A stretch of 64,000 nt of DNA from Chiloscyllium plagiosum (lineage: Eukaryota), in the NCBI RefSeq assembly GCF_004010195.1, contig NC_057718.1:49377239-49441238 (forward strand), read 5' to 3'. Both the position numbers and the translations under genes were made by a program. Below are positions 34,478 to 47,247 of this stretch, one piece after another. The notes under the pieces are model-generated. The model did not search any database. It saw only the letters and a list, made by a program, of their open reading frames with translations, and was not told where the DNA came from. Numbering within the stretch: position 1 is the stretch's first letter; every line of letters begins with the position of its first letter.

Positions 34478-35389
34478 TACCCATGATGATGGCCTCAACC
34501 GGGATCCTGGGCTCAGAACACATGACAGGTGACCCCGCTACATTATACACTCACTCACATGGACACTACACATAGACTCTCTCACACAAACACACATACA
34601 CACTCACACAGACTCTCTCTCATACGCACAGGCTCACACTCTCTCACAGACATTTACTCCCTCACACTCGCACACACACTCTCTCAAGCACACACACTCA
34701 CGTGCATGCTCTCATAGACATATACTTCCTCACACTCACACACCCTCCATCTCAAACACACACACACTCCCTCAACAGTGTGCACATACACACAAACACA
34801 CACATACACACTAGCTCCCTCTCCTGCTGCATCTCTTGCCCCTCCCCACACACACATAAATATATGGGGTGAATTTGCATTCGCAGATATATTCTATTTT
34901 GTTCAAAAAGCACATAATCTATGTATAGCCAGACGATGTGGCAATTTATAGTTTCCTACCTTGAAAATAAAACCAGTCTGACTCCAGTTTCAGATACAAG
35001 TAGACTTGAAACATGGCCTCACATCTAAAATGCATTGTCTGACCTGAGGTGTTACCTTTATTCTGATAAAACTTGAAGTTACCTTGGGTCAGTGACTTGA
35101 AAAAAATGCTGGGATTAATAAATTAATCAAAGGAAATCTGCACCTCCATGCTAACTGATTGAAGACTTAATAGCCATTTAGGTTTGTTCAATACATTTGC
35201 ATAACCTGTATGACACTATGATATTTTACTTATAAGTTCTGTATCTGATGTATTTTCTCTCACTAGCTGCCTGAGGAAGGAGTGGGAGCTTTGAAAACTT
35301 GTGGTTCAAATAAACCTCTTGGACAATAACCCGGTGTCATTTGATTTTTGACTTCATCCACCCCACTCCAACACTGGCACTTCCATATC
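34478..35389 (+). mobile_element. 5'-truncated Penelope-like element: ORF C-terminus, CA-rich 3' UTR, pseudo-LTR with eroded hammerhead; 11-bp TSD
   Basis: Begins THDDGLNRDPGLRTHDR* (GLN motif ending GIY-YIG domains); ctgagga...gaaa at 35271-35296; TSD tttcagtatga at 34467-34477 and 35390-35400. Confidence 0.85.
34545..34860. repeat. Imperfect (CA)/(CT) microsatellite within the Penelope 3' UTR
   Basis: Directly visible. Confidence 0.9.
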
Positions 35390-35953
35390 TTTCAGTATGA
35401 CATTTGATTTATGCCTCAATCTATTGAGAAGAGAGCTTCTTTAGATGATTATTTCAGATCAATGGCACTTCATCAAAGATTAAGGAATGTACATTGACTT
35501 TAAGGAGGATATCCTTGTGCTGGTTGGTGCTGTCTCCTGCTCTATTTGGTAGTTATACTTCTTTCCATTACATTTTTAATAAAACATAAAAGTATGCTTT
35601 GAAGTGCCTGCAGTACTTCAGTTCCTGTTGCTTTTTCTGAGAATATAATTACATGCTTTGTGATCATCTATACTAATTCAGAAACTGGTGCAGAGCATAA
35701 TGTAGCTTTCAGATAGCAACAATCCCATTAGCTAAGCGTTCAGTCTCTTAAGATATGGTTGGACTGAGAAATGCCTGGAGGTAAACTGAGTGTGCAAAAA
35801 TGTGCATGAATATCATTTATAATTTGAATTATACAATTGAATGAAATAACAATGAATATTGAACCTGTAGTCAACTTATGGGAAGTATGAAAAGAAATTA
35901 TGGTTTACTGTACTGATCACCTCCAAAGTATAAACGTATATTTGATTTATTGT

Positions 35954-36950
35954 GGTCATGATCCCAGCTGATGTTATTACTGGACAAGTCAGATTCCAGA
36001 CTGAAATTCCATTTGAAAAAATCATGTTTTGTTCTGCTTTTATTTAGTGACATGTTCTTTCATTGATACACAAACATGCAATACTGCAGGTCTGTTTTAA
36101 CAATAAAACAAACATTTATTATACAAAAGAAATAAAGATAGAATAGAACAAACCGAGCTGCTTACATATAACACAAATTGAAAGATTTTGAAACGTTGCA
36201 AAAGTACAATATTCCATCTGTCGCAAAGCAAACCTTCACAGTACTCAAACATCAGAGAGAATTCCCTCCTCTATCACATGGAAATGTTTGACTTAGTTGC
36301 TGCTTTGAATTTCTGGACTTGGGAGTTTGATAGCTTTTTCCTTGAGTATTCATACAACTGAATTTATACTTTCTCAGATTCAAATAACCCCTTCAGGGCT
36401 GGAACTGAATGTTTCTGGTTTGGAACGTTTAAATTAAAAATCTTTTAATTTGGTTAACCTATTTCTAACAAAAATAGAAATTGCTGGAAAAACTCAGCAG
36501 GTCTGGCAGCATCAGTGGAGAGAAAACAGAGTTAAGGTTCTGGGTTCAATAATTCTTTATCAGAACTGTTCTGAAAAAAGGGTAACTGGACCAGAAACAT
36601 TAAATTTGTTTTCTCTTTGCTGCCAGACTTGCTGAATTTTTCCAGCGATTTCTGTTTTTGTTTCTGATTTCTAGCATCCATAATTCTTTTTAAACGTATT
36701 TTTAAGATTTTTGAACTAACTCCTTGTTCCTGGAGAACTGTTTCATATATCAAACTTCAGTCAAGACATCTGCAAACTGAAACCAAGAAGTACCAAGCTG
36801 TGGATGCTTTGTTCCCACAAGCAAATAAAAGTCAACTCATCTTTCCAATTGAAAATATGTTAATGCTCTTCAATGTTTATTCTGTTTGCTCTTAAACTCA
36901 CTCCATGAAAATTAATTCGCGTTAGCACTCCAGGAACTACCTCCGTCACA
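35954..36950 (-). mobile_element. Possible solo LTR (~770 bp plus nested insert)
   Basis: Ends gtcatga... and ...cgtcaca, flanks ttgt/ctgt, minus-strand aataaa ~85 bp from the left end. Confidence 0.35.
36467..36690. mobile_element. Older Penelope-derived foldback element with eroded hammerhead
   Basis: Inverted arms aaaaatagaaattgctggaaaaactcagcaggtctggcagca and tgctgccagacttgctgaatttttccagcgatttctgttttt; ctgaaaaa...gaaacatt at 36571-36601. Confidence 0.8.
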
Positions 36951-37114
36951 CTGTTTTCAAAAACACATGGCTCAAAGAAAAGGACACAAAATTAGTCATT
37001 ATCTCCTCTCCTATGCATATACCAAAATCCACATGCCACTTGTTCAAAATCCATACTCTAAAATATATTGATATTGAAATATGTATGAAACCCTCCCAAA
37101 CTTTAAATTTAATG

Positions 37115-37243
37115 TTGATCACACTCTCTGTGCCCCTTCTCTGCACCTGTAACATTGTATTCTTTACTCTGTTCTATTACCCTAATGCACTTTATATGAT
37201 ATGATTGCCTATACTGCACACAAAACAAAACGTTTCACTGTAC
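37115..37243 (+). mobile_element. LINE-type 3' tail, split by the CR1 insertion (completes at 40424-40460)
   Basis: ...aaaacgtttcactgtac joins ctcagtacttgtgacaataagaaatcaaataaaatca. Confidence 0.7.
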
Positions 37244-38754
37244 AATAGACAATAGACAATAGTTTCAGGGGTAGGCCATTCTGCCATTCGAGCCTGCACC
37301 ACCATTCATTATGATCACGGTTGATCATCCTCAATCAGTATCCTGTTCCTGCCTTACCTCCATAACCCTTGATTCCACTATCCTTGAGAGCTCTATCCAA
37401 CTCTTTCTTAAACAAATCCAGAGACTGGGCCTCCACTGCCTTCTGGGGCAGAGCATTCCAACAGCCACCACTCTCTGGGTGAAGAAGTTTCTCCTCATTT
37501 CTGTCCTAAATGGCCTACTCCTTATTTTTAAGCTGTGTCCTCTGGTTCGGCACTCACCCATCAGCAGAAACATGTTTCCTGTCTCCAGAGTGTCCAATCC
37601 TTTAATAATCTTATACGTCTCAATCAGATCCTCTCTCAGTCTTCTAAACTCAAGTCGCTCCAATCTTTCAGCATAAGGTAGTCCCGCCATTCCAGGAATT
37701 GACCTCGTGAACCTACACTGCACTCTCTCAATAGCCAGAATGTCTTTCTTCAAATTTGGTTTCCAGAACTGCACACAATATTCCAGGTGCAGTCTCACCA
37801 GGGCCCTGTACAGCTACAGAAGAACCTCTTTGCTTCTATACACAACCCCTCTTGTTATGAAGGCCAGCATGCTATTAGCCTTCTTCACTACCTGCTGTAC
37901 CTGCATGCTTGTCTTCATTGACTGATGTACGAGAACACCCAGATCTCTTTGTACTGCCCCTTTACCTAACTTGACTCCATTTAGGTAGTAATCTGCCTTC
38001 CTGTTCTTATCACCAAAGTGGATAACCACACATTTATCCACATTAAACTGCATCTGCCATGCAGCTGTCCACTCACCTAACCTGTCCAGGTCACCCTGTA
38101 ATCTCCTAACATCCTCCTCACATTTTACCCTGCCACCCAGCTTTGTATCATCAGCAAATTTGCTAATGTTCCTATTAATATACAATATATATATCATTAA
38201 TATATATTGTAAAAAGCTGCGGTCCCAGCACTGATCCCTGCGGTACCCCACTGGTCACCACCTGCCATTCCAAAAGGGAGCCGTTTATCACTACTCTTTG
38301 TTTCATGTCAGCCAACCAATTTTCAATCCAAGTCAGTACTTTGCCCCCAATACCATATGCCATAATTTTGCTCACTAACCTCCTATGTGGGACTTTATCA
38401 AAGGCTCTCTGAAAGTCCAGGTACACTACATCTACTGGATCTCCCTTGTCCATCTTCAGAGTTACATCCTCAAAAAATTCCAGAAGATTAGTCAAGCATG
38501 ATTTCCCCTTCATAAATCCATACTGACTATGACCTATCCTGTTAATGCTATCCAGATGTGTCATAATTTCATCCTTTATAATAGACTCAAGCATCTTTCC
38601 CACCACTGAGGTCAGACTAACTGGTCTATAATTTCCTGCTTTCTCTCTCCCACCTTTCTTAAAAAGTAGTATAACATTAGCCACCCTCCAATCCGCAGGA
38701 ACTGATCCTGAATCTATCGAACTCTGGAAAATAATCACCAACGCATCCACGATC
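37244..38754 (-). mobile_element. Young CR1 ORF2 RT to 3' tail
   Basis: ORFs 38175-38756, 37814-38251 and 37331-37798 (NYRPVSLTS, YLDFQRAFDKVPH, GVPQGSVLGP, KFADD, LEYCVQFW); (ctattgt)n tail. Confidence 0.97.
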
Positions 38755-39560
38755 AACTCTGTGGGAAGCTAGAAATGATTGCTGGGCCTCTTGTTGAGAT
38801 ATTTGTATCATCGATACTCACAGGTGACGTGCTGAAAGACTGGAGATTGGCTAACGTGGTGCCACTGTTTAAGAAGGGTGGTAAGGACAAGCCAGGGAAC
38901 TATAGACCGGTGAGCCTGGTGTTGGTGGTGGGCAAGTTGTTGGAGGGAATCCTGAGGCACAGGATGTACATGTATTTGGAAAGGTAAGGACTGATTAGGG
39001 ATAGTCAACATGGCTTTGCGCGTAGGAAATCACGTCTCACAAACTTGATTGAGTTTTTTTGAAGAAGAGGATTGATGAGGGCAGAGCGGTAAACTTCAGT
39101 AAAGGCATTCGACAAGGTTCCCCATGGGAGACTGATTAGCAGGGTTAGGTCTCTTGGAATACAGGGAAAACGAGCCATTTGGATATAGAACTGGCTCAAA
39201 AGGTAGAAGGGTGGTGGTGAAAAGTTATTTTTCAGACTGGAGGCCTGTGACCAGTGGAGTGCCACAAGGATTAGTGCTGGATTCACTGCTTTTTATCATT
39301 TATATAAATGATCTGGAGGTGAACAAAGGAGGTATAGATAGTAAGGTTGCAGATGACACCAAAATTGGAGGTGTAGTGGACAATGAAGGTTACCTCAGAT
39401 TACAATGGGATCTTGATCAGACAGTCCAATGAGCTGAGGAGTGGCAGATGGACATTAATTTAGATAAAATGCAAGGTCCTTCATTTTGGGAAAGCAAATT
39501 TTAGCAGGACTTATAGACTTAACGGTAAGGTCCAAGGAAGTGTTGCTGAAGAGAGACCTT
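38755..39560 (+). mobile_element. CR1 RT fragment of a different subfamily, opposite orientation
   Basis: IAGPLVEIF...NYRPVSL, GVPQGLVL...KVADDTKIGG; no 3' tail. Confidence 0.93.
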
Positions 39561-40423
39561 GTTCTTTAAAAGCTTCCCAGCCCTCCGTTTTCCCACTCAT
39601 CTTTGCTATGTTATACTTTTTCTCTTTTGGCTTTATATGTTTCTTAACTTCCCTCGTCAGCCACGGCTGCCCATGCCTCCTCATAGGATCTTTCTTCCTT
39701 TTTGGAATGAACTGATCCTGCATCTTCTGCATTATACCCAGAAATATCTGCCATTGTTCCTTCACTGTCATCCTTGCTAAGATATTGCACCATTGAACTT
39801 TGGCCAGCTCCTCCCTCATAGCTCCATAGTTCCCTTTATTCAACTGAAATATTGTCACTACCGATTGTACCCTCTCCCTTTCAAATTGCAGATTGAAGCT
39901 TATTGTATTATGGTCACTACCTTCTAATGGCTCCTTCACTTCGAGGTCCCTGATTTCTGGTTCGTTGCACAATACCAGATCCAGAATTGCCTTCTCCCTG
40001 GTAGGCTCCAGCACCAGCTGTTCCAAGAATCCATCTCAGAGGCACTCCACAAATTCTCTTTCTTGAGGTCCATCACCATCCTGATTCTCCCAGTCTACCT
40101 GCATGTTGAAATCCCCCATAACAACTGTAGTAACATCTTTGCGACAGGCCAATTTCAGCTCCTTATTCAACTTACACCCTATATCCATACTACTGTTTGG
40201 GGGCCTGTAGATAACTCCCAAGAGGGTCTTTCTACCCTTAAAATTCCTCAGCTCTATCCATACTGACTCTACATCCCCTGATTCTAGGTTCCCCCGTGCA
40301 AGGGACTGAATATCATCCCTGAACAACAGAGCCACCCCATCCCCTCTGCCCGTCAGTCTGTCCTTATGATAGTACGTATAGCCTTGAATATTCATTTCCC
40401 AGGCCCTGTCCACTTGAAGCCAC
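39561..40423 (-). mobile_element. Young CR1 ORF2 APE and linker (5' part of the 37244 element)
   Basis: ORFs 40036-40461 and 39511-40026 (GVIYRPP, VMGDFN, LDLVL, SDHN, PWLT). Confidence 0.96.
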
Positions 40424-40739
40424 CTCAGTACTTGTGACAATAAGAAATCAAATAAAATCACACAACTTACATCACATTGTTTTAAAGTGCTAAAAGTGTT
40501 ACTCGTTTTTGGGACCTCTGATTAAATGTTCTTAAGTACTTCTTGAATTAGTGAGTTTTGAGAAGATTTGCAGCTCAGGTTGAAGTTTTGATGTAGGTTT
40601 TGACTTTTTAATTTTATTGTACAAAAATTACAGTCCAAGACTAATATTCCAAATCAGAAATTTAAAAGTAGAATCCTAACTTGATGAATTGCAATTCACT
40701 CAAACTTTGTATGAATTGTCCAAAATCAGTGCAGTCATA

Positions 40740-43572
40740 AATAACTAAAGATAGAAGGTAAAGAGCTTTTGTGTTCATTTTAACCAACAGGACAGGAGGG
40801 ATGGGAAAAAAAAAGTGGTAGGGTGGCACTGTTAATAAGATCTGAGAGGACAACTGTGAGAAATGATCTAGATTTTAATGATGTAGAGTCCAGTTTAAAA
40901 TAGGTAAAAGAAGACATTAGTAGGAATAGTGCACAGACCCCCAAAGAGTATTGACTTTGTGGGAAAGGTTGTAAATCAACAAATAATAGGAATATGTAAA
41001 AAATAACAGGACAATGATTATGAGTGATTTTAATCTTTATGTTGATTAGGTTAATCAAATTGGAAATGATAGCTACGATAGCAAATTCATTGAGAGCTTT
41101 ACAGATAGTTTCCCAGAGTAATATGCCTGGAACCAACCAAGGAGAGGCTATCTTGGGTTTGGTGATAGGTAATGAGACAGGTTTAATAAATGAGTAAGAG
41201 ATGCCCAAGGAAGTAGTGACCATAACATGATAAAATTTTATATTCAGGTTCAAGAGGGAGAAACCTGGGTCAGAAACAACTGTGATTAACTTACATAAAG
41301 AGAATTACAATAAAATGAAGATAGAGCTAGCTAAACTGAGCTGGTTGGATAGATTAACAGGAATGGCGGGTAAGCAGGCAGTGGCAAACACTTAAAGAGA
41401 TTTTTCATGACTCTCAGCAAAAATACATCCCAGAAAGGAGGAAACATTCTAAGAAAGGGATAGACCAACCATGGCTAACCAAGTAAGTTAGGGACAATAT
41501 TATGTATTAAGAAAAAGCACATAAGGCGGCCAAAGTCAATGGTAGCCTCAAAGACTTGGATAAATTCAGAAACCAGCAAAGGAGGATGAAAAAGATAATC
41601 AAGAGTGGGAACATAAAGTATGAGAGAAAACTAGTGAGGAATGTAAAAGCTGACAATGAGCTTCTTTAAATCTATGAAACAGAAGTGAGAGGTCAAAGTT
41701 GACATAGGTCCCTTAGAAAATGAATCTGGGGAGACAGTTTTGGAAATGGCAGTGGAGATAAAGGGATATTTTGCATCAGTCTTTATGGTGAAAGATACTT
41801 CGCACATTCCATTAACTCTAATGAATACAGAGAAGGAATTAAATACCATCACTATCACTAAAGAAATAGCATTAGACATACTAAGGGGGCTAAAGGCAGT
41901 TAAGTTCCTTGGCTGTGATGGCTTGCATCCTAGGATTCTAGAAGAAGTAGCTACAGAGATAGTGGGTGCATTGGTTGCAATTTTCCAAGCTTTCTGGAGA
42001 AATCTCAGAGGATTGGAAAGCTGCTAATCTAACATCCCTAATCAAAAAGGGAATGAGGTAAAAGAGGGGTAAATTTAGGTTGATTAGCCTAATATCTATT
42101 ATTGGAAACAATTATTAAGGAAGTAATATTAGAACATTTGGAAAATCATGTTCTAATCAAACAGAGTCAGCTTGGCTTTATGGAAGGGAAATTATGTCGG
42201 ACAACTTATTTAGAGTTTTGAGCTGAAAATGTGTTGCTGGAAAAGCGCAGCATCCAAGGAGCAGGAGAATCGATGTTTCGAGCATGAGCCCTTCTATTAA
42301 TTAAAGTTTTTCAAGGAAGTCTCAATTAGAGTGGATGGATGGGAACCAGTAATTGTGTTGTACGTAGAATTCCATGAAGGCTTTTGTCAAAATACTATTC
42401 AAAGGTTAAGTCATTAGATAAGAGCCCACAATGTTAAAAGTAGTATATTGACATTGACAGGGAATTGGCTCTTGGGCAGGATAAGAATGGGTTAAGGGGT
42501 TCTTTTTCAAGTTGGCGACCTGTGACCAATAATGTTCCACAGGTATCAGTGTTGGGACTGAAATTGTTTACTGTATATATGAATGACTTGGAGGAAGGAG
42601 GTGAACGTACTGTAGCCTAATTTGCAGACTCCAGCCAAATATGTAGACAACACAAAACTTTGGTGGAAAGGCAGGTTGTCAGGGGGAGAAGACCAGTTTA
42701 CAGGGAGAATATTATTAGGTTAAGTGAGTGGGCAAAAAGTTGGCAAATGGAATATAACTTGGGAAACTACAATGTTGTTCATGTTTTTTAAGGGTGAACA
42801 AAAGAACATTATTATTTAAATGGAAAAAAAGATGCAGAAAGCTACAACACAAATGCACTTGGAGGTACGTCTGCACAAAACACAGAGCTGGAGATATGTA
42901 CACCATCTCATCAAGACGTCAAATGGAATGTTGGCCCTTATTTCAAGGGGGTTGGAGGGTAAGAGTAGGGAAGTCTCGCTGTATCTGTTCAAGGTGCTTG
43001 TGAGATCACATCTAGAGTACTGTGAGCAGTTTTGGTCCCCTTATTTGAGGAAAGATATCATTTCATTGGAAGCAGTTCAGATAATCTTCACCAGGATGAT
43101 CCCTGGAATGGGGGATTGTCTTAACAGCAAAGATTAAACAGGCTGGGATTCTACCCATTGGAGTTTAAAAGAATGAGAGCTAATTTTATTGAAATAAATT
43201 GAAAATGTCAGGGTCTTGACAGTACAAGTGCTGAGAGGATATTTCCCCTTGTAAGAGTTTGGAACCAGAAGGCATAGTCTCAGAATAAAGTGTTATCAAT
43301 TAAGTCAAGACATGAGGAAGAATTTCTTTTATGAGGGTTGAGCGTCTATGGAACTTCTTACCACAGACAGCTGTGGGGGCAGAGTCCTTGTGAATATTTA
43401 AGGATGAGACAAATAGATTCTTGATCTATAAGGGAATTAAGGGTTAAGGACAGGGCAGGAAAGTTGACATGAAGAATGTTGGATTGGCCATGATGCCCAT
43501 TAAAGGTAGAGCAGGCCTAAGGGGCTGAATGGCCTACTCCTGTTACTAATTGTTAAGGTCTTATGGTTTTAT
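40740..43572 (+). mobile_element. Decayed near-full-length CR1 ORF2 with 3' tail
   Basis: Ordered APE, PWLT, GCDGLHPRIL, VPQVSVLG, KFAD-like, LEYCEQFWSP; tail atggcctactcctg...cttatgg. Confidence 0.92.
42220..42295 (-). mobile_element. Penelope-derived fragment nested in CR1
   Basis: Matches the left arm of 26272-26352 with a deletion; imperfect tta(g/a)agtttt duplication. Confidence 0.82.
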
Positions 43573-43589
43573 AAATCTAAGCCATGACT

Positions 43590-44020
43590 CTCTTGGAGGT
43601 ATGTTCACCTCTAAGCTATAAGACTCTGAAATAAGTCTGATTCCAGGGCTTGAATGCAGAAAGCTAGATTGACTCTTCAGCTCAGTACTGAGACAGTGCT
43701 AAACTTTTGGAGATGTTGTCTTTCAGGTGAAGTGCAAAACCAAGTTAGCATCTGCCTGCTCAGATGAATATATGAAAGAGCAAAAGGCACTAAGTTTATG
43801 AAGAGCAGGAGAGTTATAATTGCTGTCTTGGTTAATATCTATTCCTCAATCAACATCACAAAATAATGAATTGTCATCATATTACTATTTGTGGGAGTTG
43901 GTTGTGTGCAAATTGCCTGTTTCCAATATCTCATCAAAAGTATTCATTCGCTGCAAAGTGATTTGAGATGTCTGCTGATCATGAAAATCTAATGTTTAAA
44001 TTATATTTCTTTCTTTTCAT
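43590..44020 (+). mobile_element. Deu-domain SINE (SacSINE1/AmnSINE1-like)
   Basis: cagtactgagacagtgct...gtctttcaggtga...gaagagcaggagagtt...tattcctcaatcaacatcac...tttgtgggagttggttgtgtgcaaattg, recalled as the Deu core. Confidence 0.8.
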
Positions 44021-44689
44021 TTTTATAAAAGTTATGCTCCTGTTGCAGCCAAATTTTAACTGAGCATTTCAAATAGGTTAGTTTTAATAATTAAAGGATA
44101 GATTCTGAGTTTGTACTATAATGTAAAACAGATGATAGTTACCTGATCATCTGTACCACCTTTCTCCCAATTTTTATTTCCATTGAATTCCCCATTTTAC
44201 ACTGTCACACAATAACAAGATTTACTTCGAAGGTTGTAACAATAATATATAGAAACAGTTATATGGTTCTACAGTCAAACTTTAGGGAGTTTGGTACAAA
44301 ATTAACAAGAAGGACCTCTATTTAGTAATTTCCAGATTGCTGTTAGTGTCTTGTCAAGTAAATGTGTATAAATATGAGGATAAAGCAGGTAAAAGTGTAG
44401 CTGATTTTGTTGAGACAGATTTTGATTTCCTGGGCATTGGAACTGAATGCAGGTATAGAAGGTCTGCAGTTACCTTCCATATGGTACCTGAACACAACTA
44501 AGAACAATGTCATTGAAAGGCAATTTATGAGTGTTATTGGGAACAGTTTAGAATAATTTGGCACAGTTTTGGACCAGAAGGTAATAACAGAGTAAGATAT
44601 TAGAAGAGGCAGCTAGCACTAAAATTGGAAACCTTGGGATATTAGCTTGTTTCAGATTAAAGGGGGAGCCAATAAAGTTTAAATTGTCT

Positions 44690-46078
44690 CCATCCTCTTG
44701 TCTAAAAGAGGGAGATAGACAAAAGGCAGATAACTCTCGGACCATTAGCGTAACTTCTGCAGCGGGGAAAATGCTTGAATCAGTAATCAAGGAAGAAATA
44801 GAGAGACATCTGGATAGAAATTGTCCCAATGGGCAGCCGCAGCATGGGTTCATGAAAGGCAAGTATAATTTACCAGAATTCTTTGAGGACATATGAGTCC
44901 AGTTGACAAAAGGGAACTAGTGGATATGATGTATGTGGATTTGCAGAAAGCATTTGACAAGGTGTCACACAAAAGGTTGCTCTGTAAGTTAAAGGTGCAA
45001 AGCATCATGGGTATAAAAGATTAGCTAACTAAAAGAAAACAAAGAGTGCCAATTAATCAGTGTTTTTCCGGTTGGTGATTAGTGGCTAGTGGTGTGCCTC
45101 AGGGATTGGTGTTGGGACCGCAATTGTTTACAATTTACATAGATGACTTAAAGTTGAGGACCAAATGTAGTGTGTCAAAGTTCACAGATGACACTGAGAT
45201 GAATGTTAGAGCAAAGTGTGCAGAGGATACTGAAAGTCTGCAGAGGGATGTAGAAAGGTTAAGTGAGTAGGCAATGGTCTGGCAGATGGATCACAATGTT
45301 GGCAAATGTGATGTCATCCATCTTGGTGGGAATACCTGCAAAATGGATGATTATTTAAATGGTGAAAAGTTGCAGCTTGCTGCTATGCAGAGGTATCTGG
45401 ATTCTATGTGCATGAATCACAAAGCATTGGCTTGCAGGAGCAGCAGATAATTAAGAAAACAAATGGAATATTGTCCTTCATTGCCAGTGTTTAGGTTGTG
45501 CTGCAGCTGGATAGGTGAGACCACACATGGAGTACTGCATGCAGTTATGGACTCCTTACTTGAAAAAGGATGCACTGGCATGGAGAAAGTGCAGAGGAGG
45601 TTCAACAGGTTGATTCCAGAGTTGAGAGGGTTAGATTATGAGGAGAGATTGAATAGACTGGGACTATACACATTGGAATTTAGGAGAATGGTGGGGGGGG
45701 TGGTCCTTATAGAAACATATTAAATTATGAAGTGAATAGATAAGATAGAAGCAGAGAAGTTGTTTCCACTGGCGGGTGAAACTAGAACTAGGGGGCATAG
45801 TCTCAAAATAAGGGGAAGCAGATTTAGGACTGAGGAACGTTTTCATTTAAAGAGTTGTCAATCTGGGGAATTCCCTACTCAATGAAACAGTTGAAGCTAC
45901 CTCATTAAATGTTTTTAAGGCAAAGTTAAATTTTTGAACAGTAAATGAATTAAGGATTATGGTGAGTGGGTGAGTGAATGGAGCTGAATCCACGAAAAGA
46001 TCAGCCATGATCAAATTGAACAGCAGAGCAGGCGTGAGGGTCCAGATGGCCTACTCCTGCTCTTATTTCTTATGTTCT
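44690..46078 (+). mobile_element. CR1 RT to 3' tail, decayed
   Basis: QHGFMKGK, SGVPQGLVLGPQLFTIYIDD, KFTDD, EKVQRRF; tail atggcctactcctgctcttatttcttatgttctt. Confidence 0.93.
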
Positions 46079-46079
46079 T

Positions 46080-46530
46080 AAATTAGTATTAGTGAGCATA
46101 CATCTGAATGGATGCAATATGGTAGATAAGATTGGTGAGTTACAGGCACAGATAGCCACGTCGGCATGTTATGATCATAATGGAGAACTGGCTCAAAGAA
46201 AGAGCATTGAAAATTGAATATTCCTGGATATATGATTCTCAGGAAAGATAAGAAAGGATGGAAAAGGGGAGGGATGGGAGCCCTGATTCTAAAGAACATC
46301 GTAGCACTGGAAAAAAAAAGTGGATGTCCCAGAGGGGCAAGGACAGAATCCATTTGGCTCAAGCTATGAAACAACAAAGGTGCAATTACATTGCTTGGTG
46401 TAGTCTATATACCACTAATCAGTGGGAAAGATGTAGAGGCACAATTTGGCAAGGTAATTACAGAGATCTTGAAGAATTACAGCAAGTTATGATGCAGAAC
46501 TTTTAATTATCTGAACAAAGACTGAGATAA
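46080..46530 (+). mobile_element. CR1 APE fragment
   Basis: YLNGCNMVDKIGELQAQIA, KLNIPGYMILRKD motifs. Confidence 0.78.
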
Positions 46531-47247
46531 TACTATACTGGTAGAACAAACTAAGCTTCTCAAGGCTCATTGATGGCACAGCTGGTACTTGAATGCATAT
46601 TCAAGTCCACATTCTTCCATCTGTTGCTTTTTAAGTAAGCAATACAGCTTTCTCATCCTTGGCCTCCTCCTGTTATCAAACCCTGACTAAAGGAGTGCTA
46701 CTCCCTCTGCATGTCCAATGTTACTCAGCTTCTTCTCATTTTCAATGGGTGACCATTACATACAGGAAGACATCCAAATGGTGCAAGACATTCATTTTTA
46801 GACACCAGCAAAAGCAATAAAAAAAACTGACAAAAGCTGTATTTGCTTCTATGAACAGACAGAGATTGTTCGGCTTTCCAGCACTGACAAGTTTATAGTC
46901 AATGATTAATCAATGTACCCAGCTCACGTTTACTGAAACCAGATGTTAATTAAGACCTGTCTGGCTTGTTATCCTTGACACAGCACTGAGCTATTATGCA
47001 GAAGGTAATGTTCCTTCTGCTCAATGTCATTCTATTCCTCAGAAGATTGATCCCTCACTCCTAGCTCTTCAGCTTCCATCACATCCCTTCTTGCCTTCCT
47101 CCACAGCATATAAGGCACACTCTGACTATACTGTGCTGCAAGGCAGAGTGACTCGAATGTTGGAATCTCATCTGCGGCAGATTTATCATCTCAGTCACCA
47201 AGGCCCTGGATGAAGAATGGGAAGCATTGTACATTGATAACACCTAG

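Noticed and set aside
37331..40461. Functional RT/endonuclease gene
   Set aside because: Frameshifted, 5'-truncated and internally rearranged CR1 ORF2.
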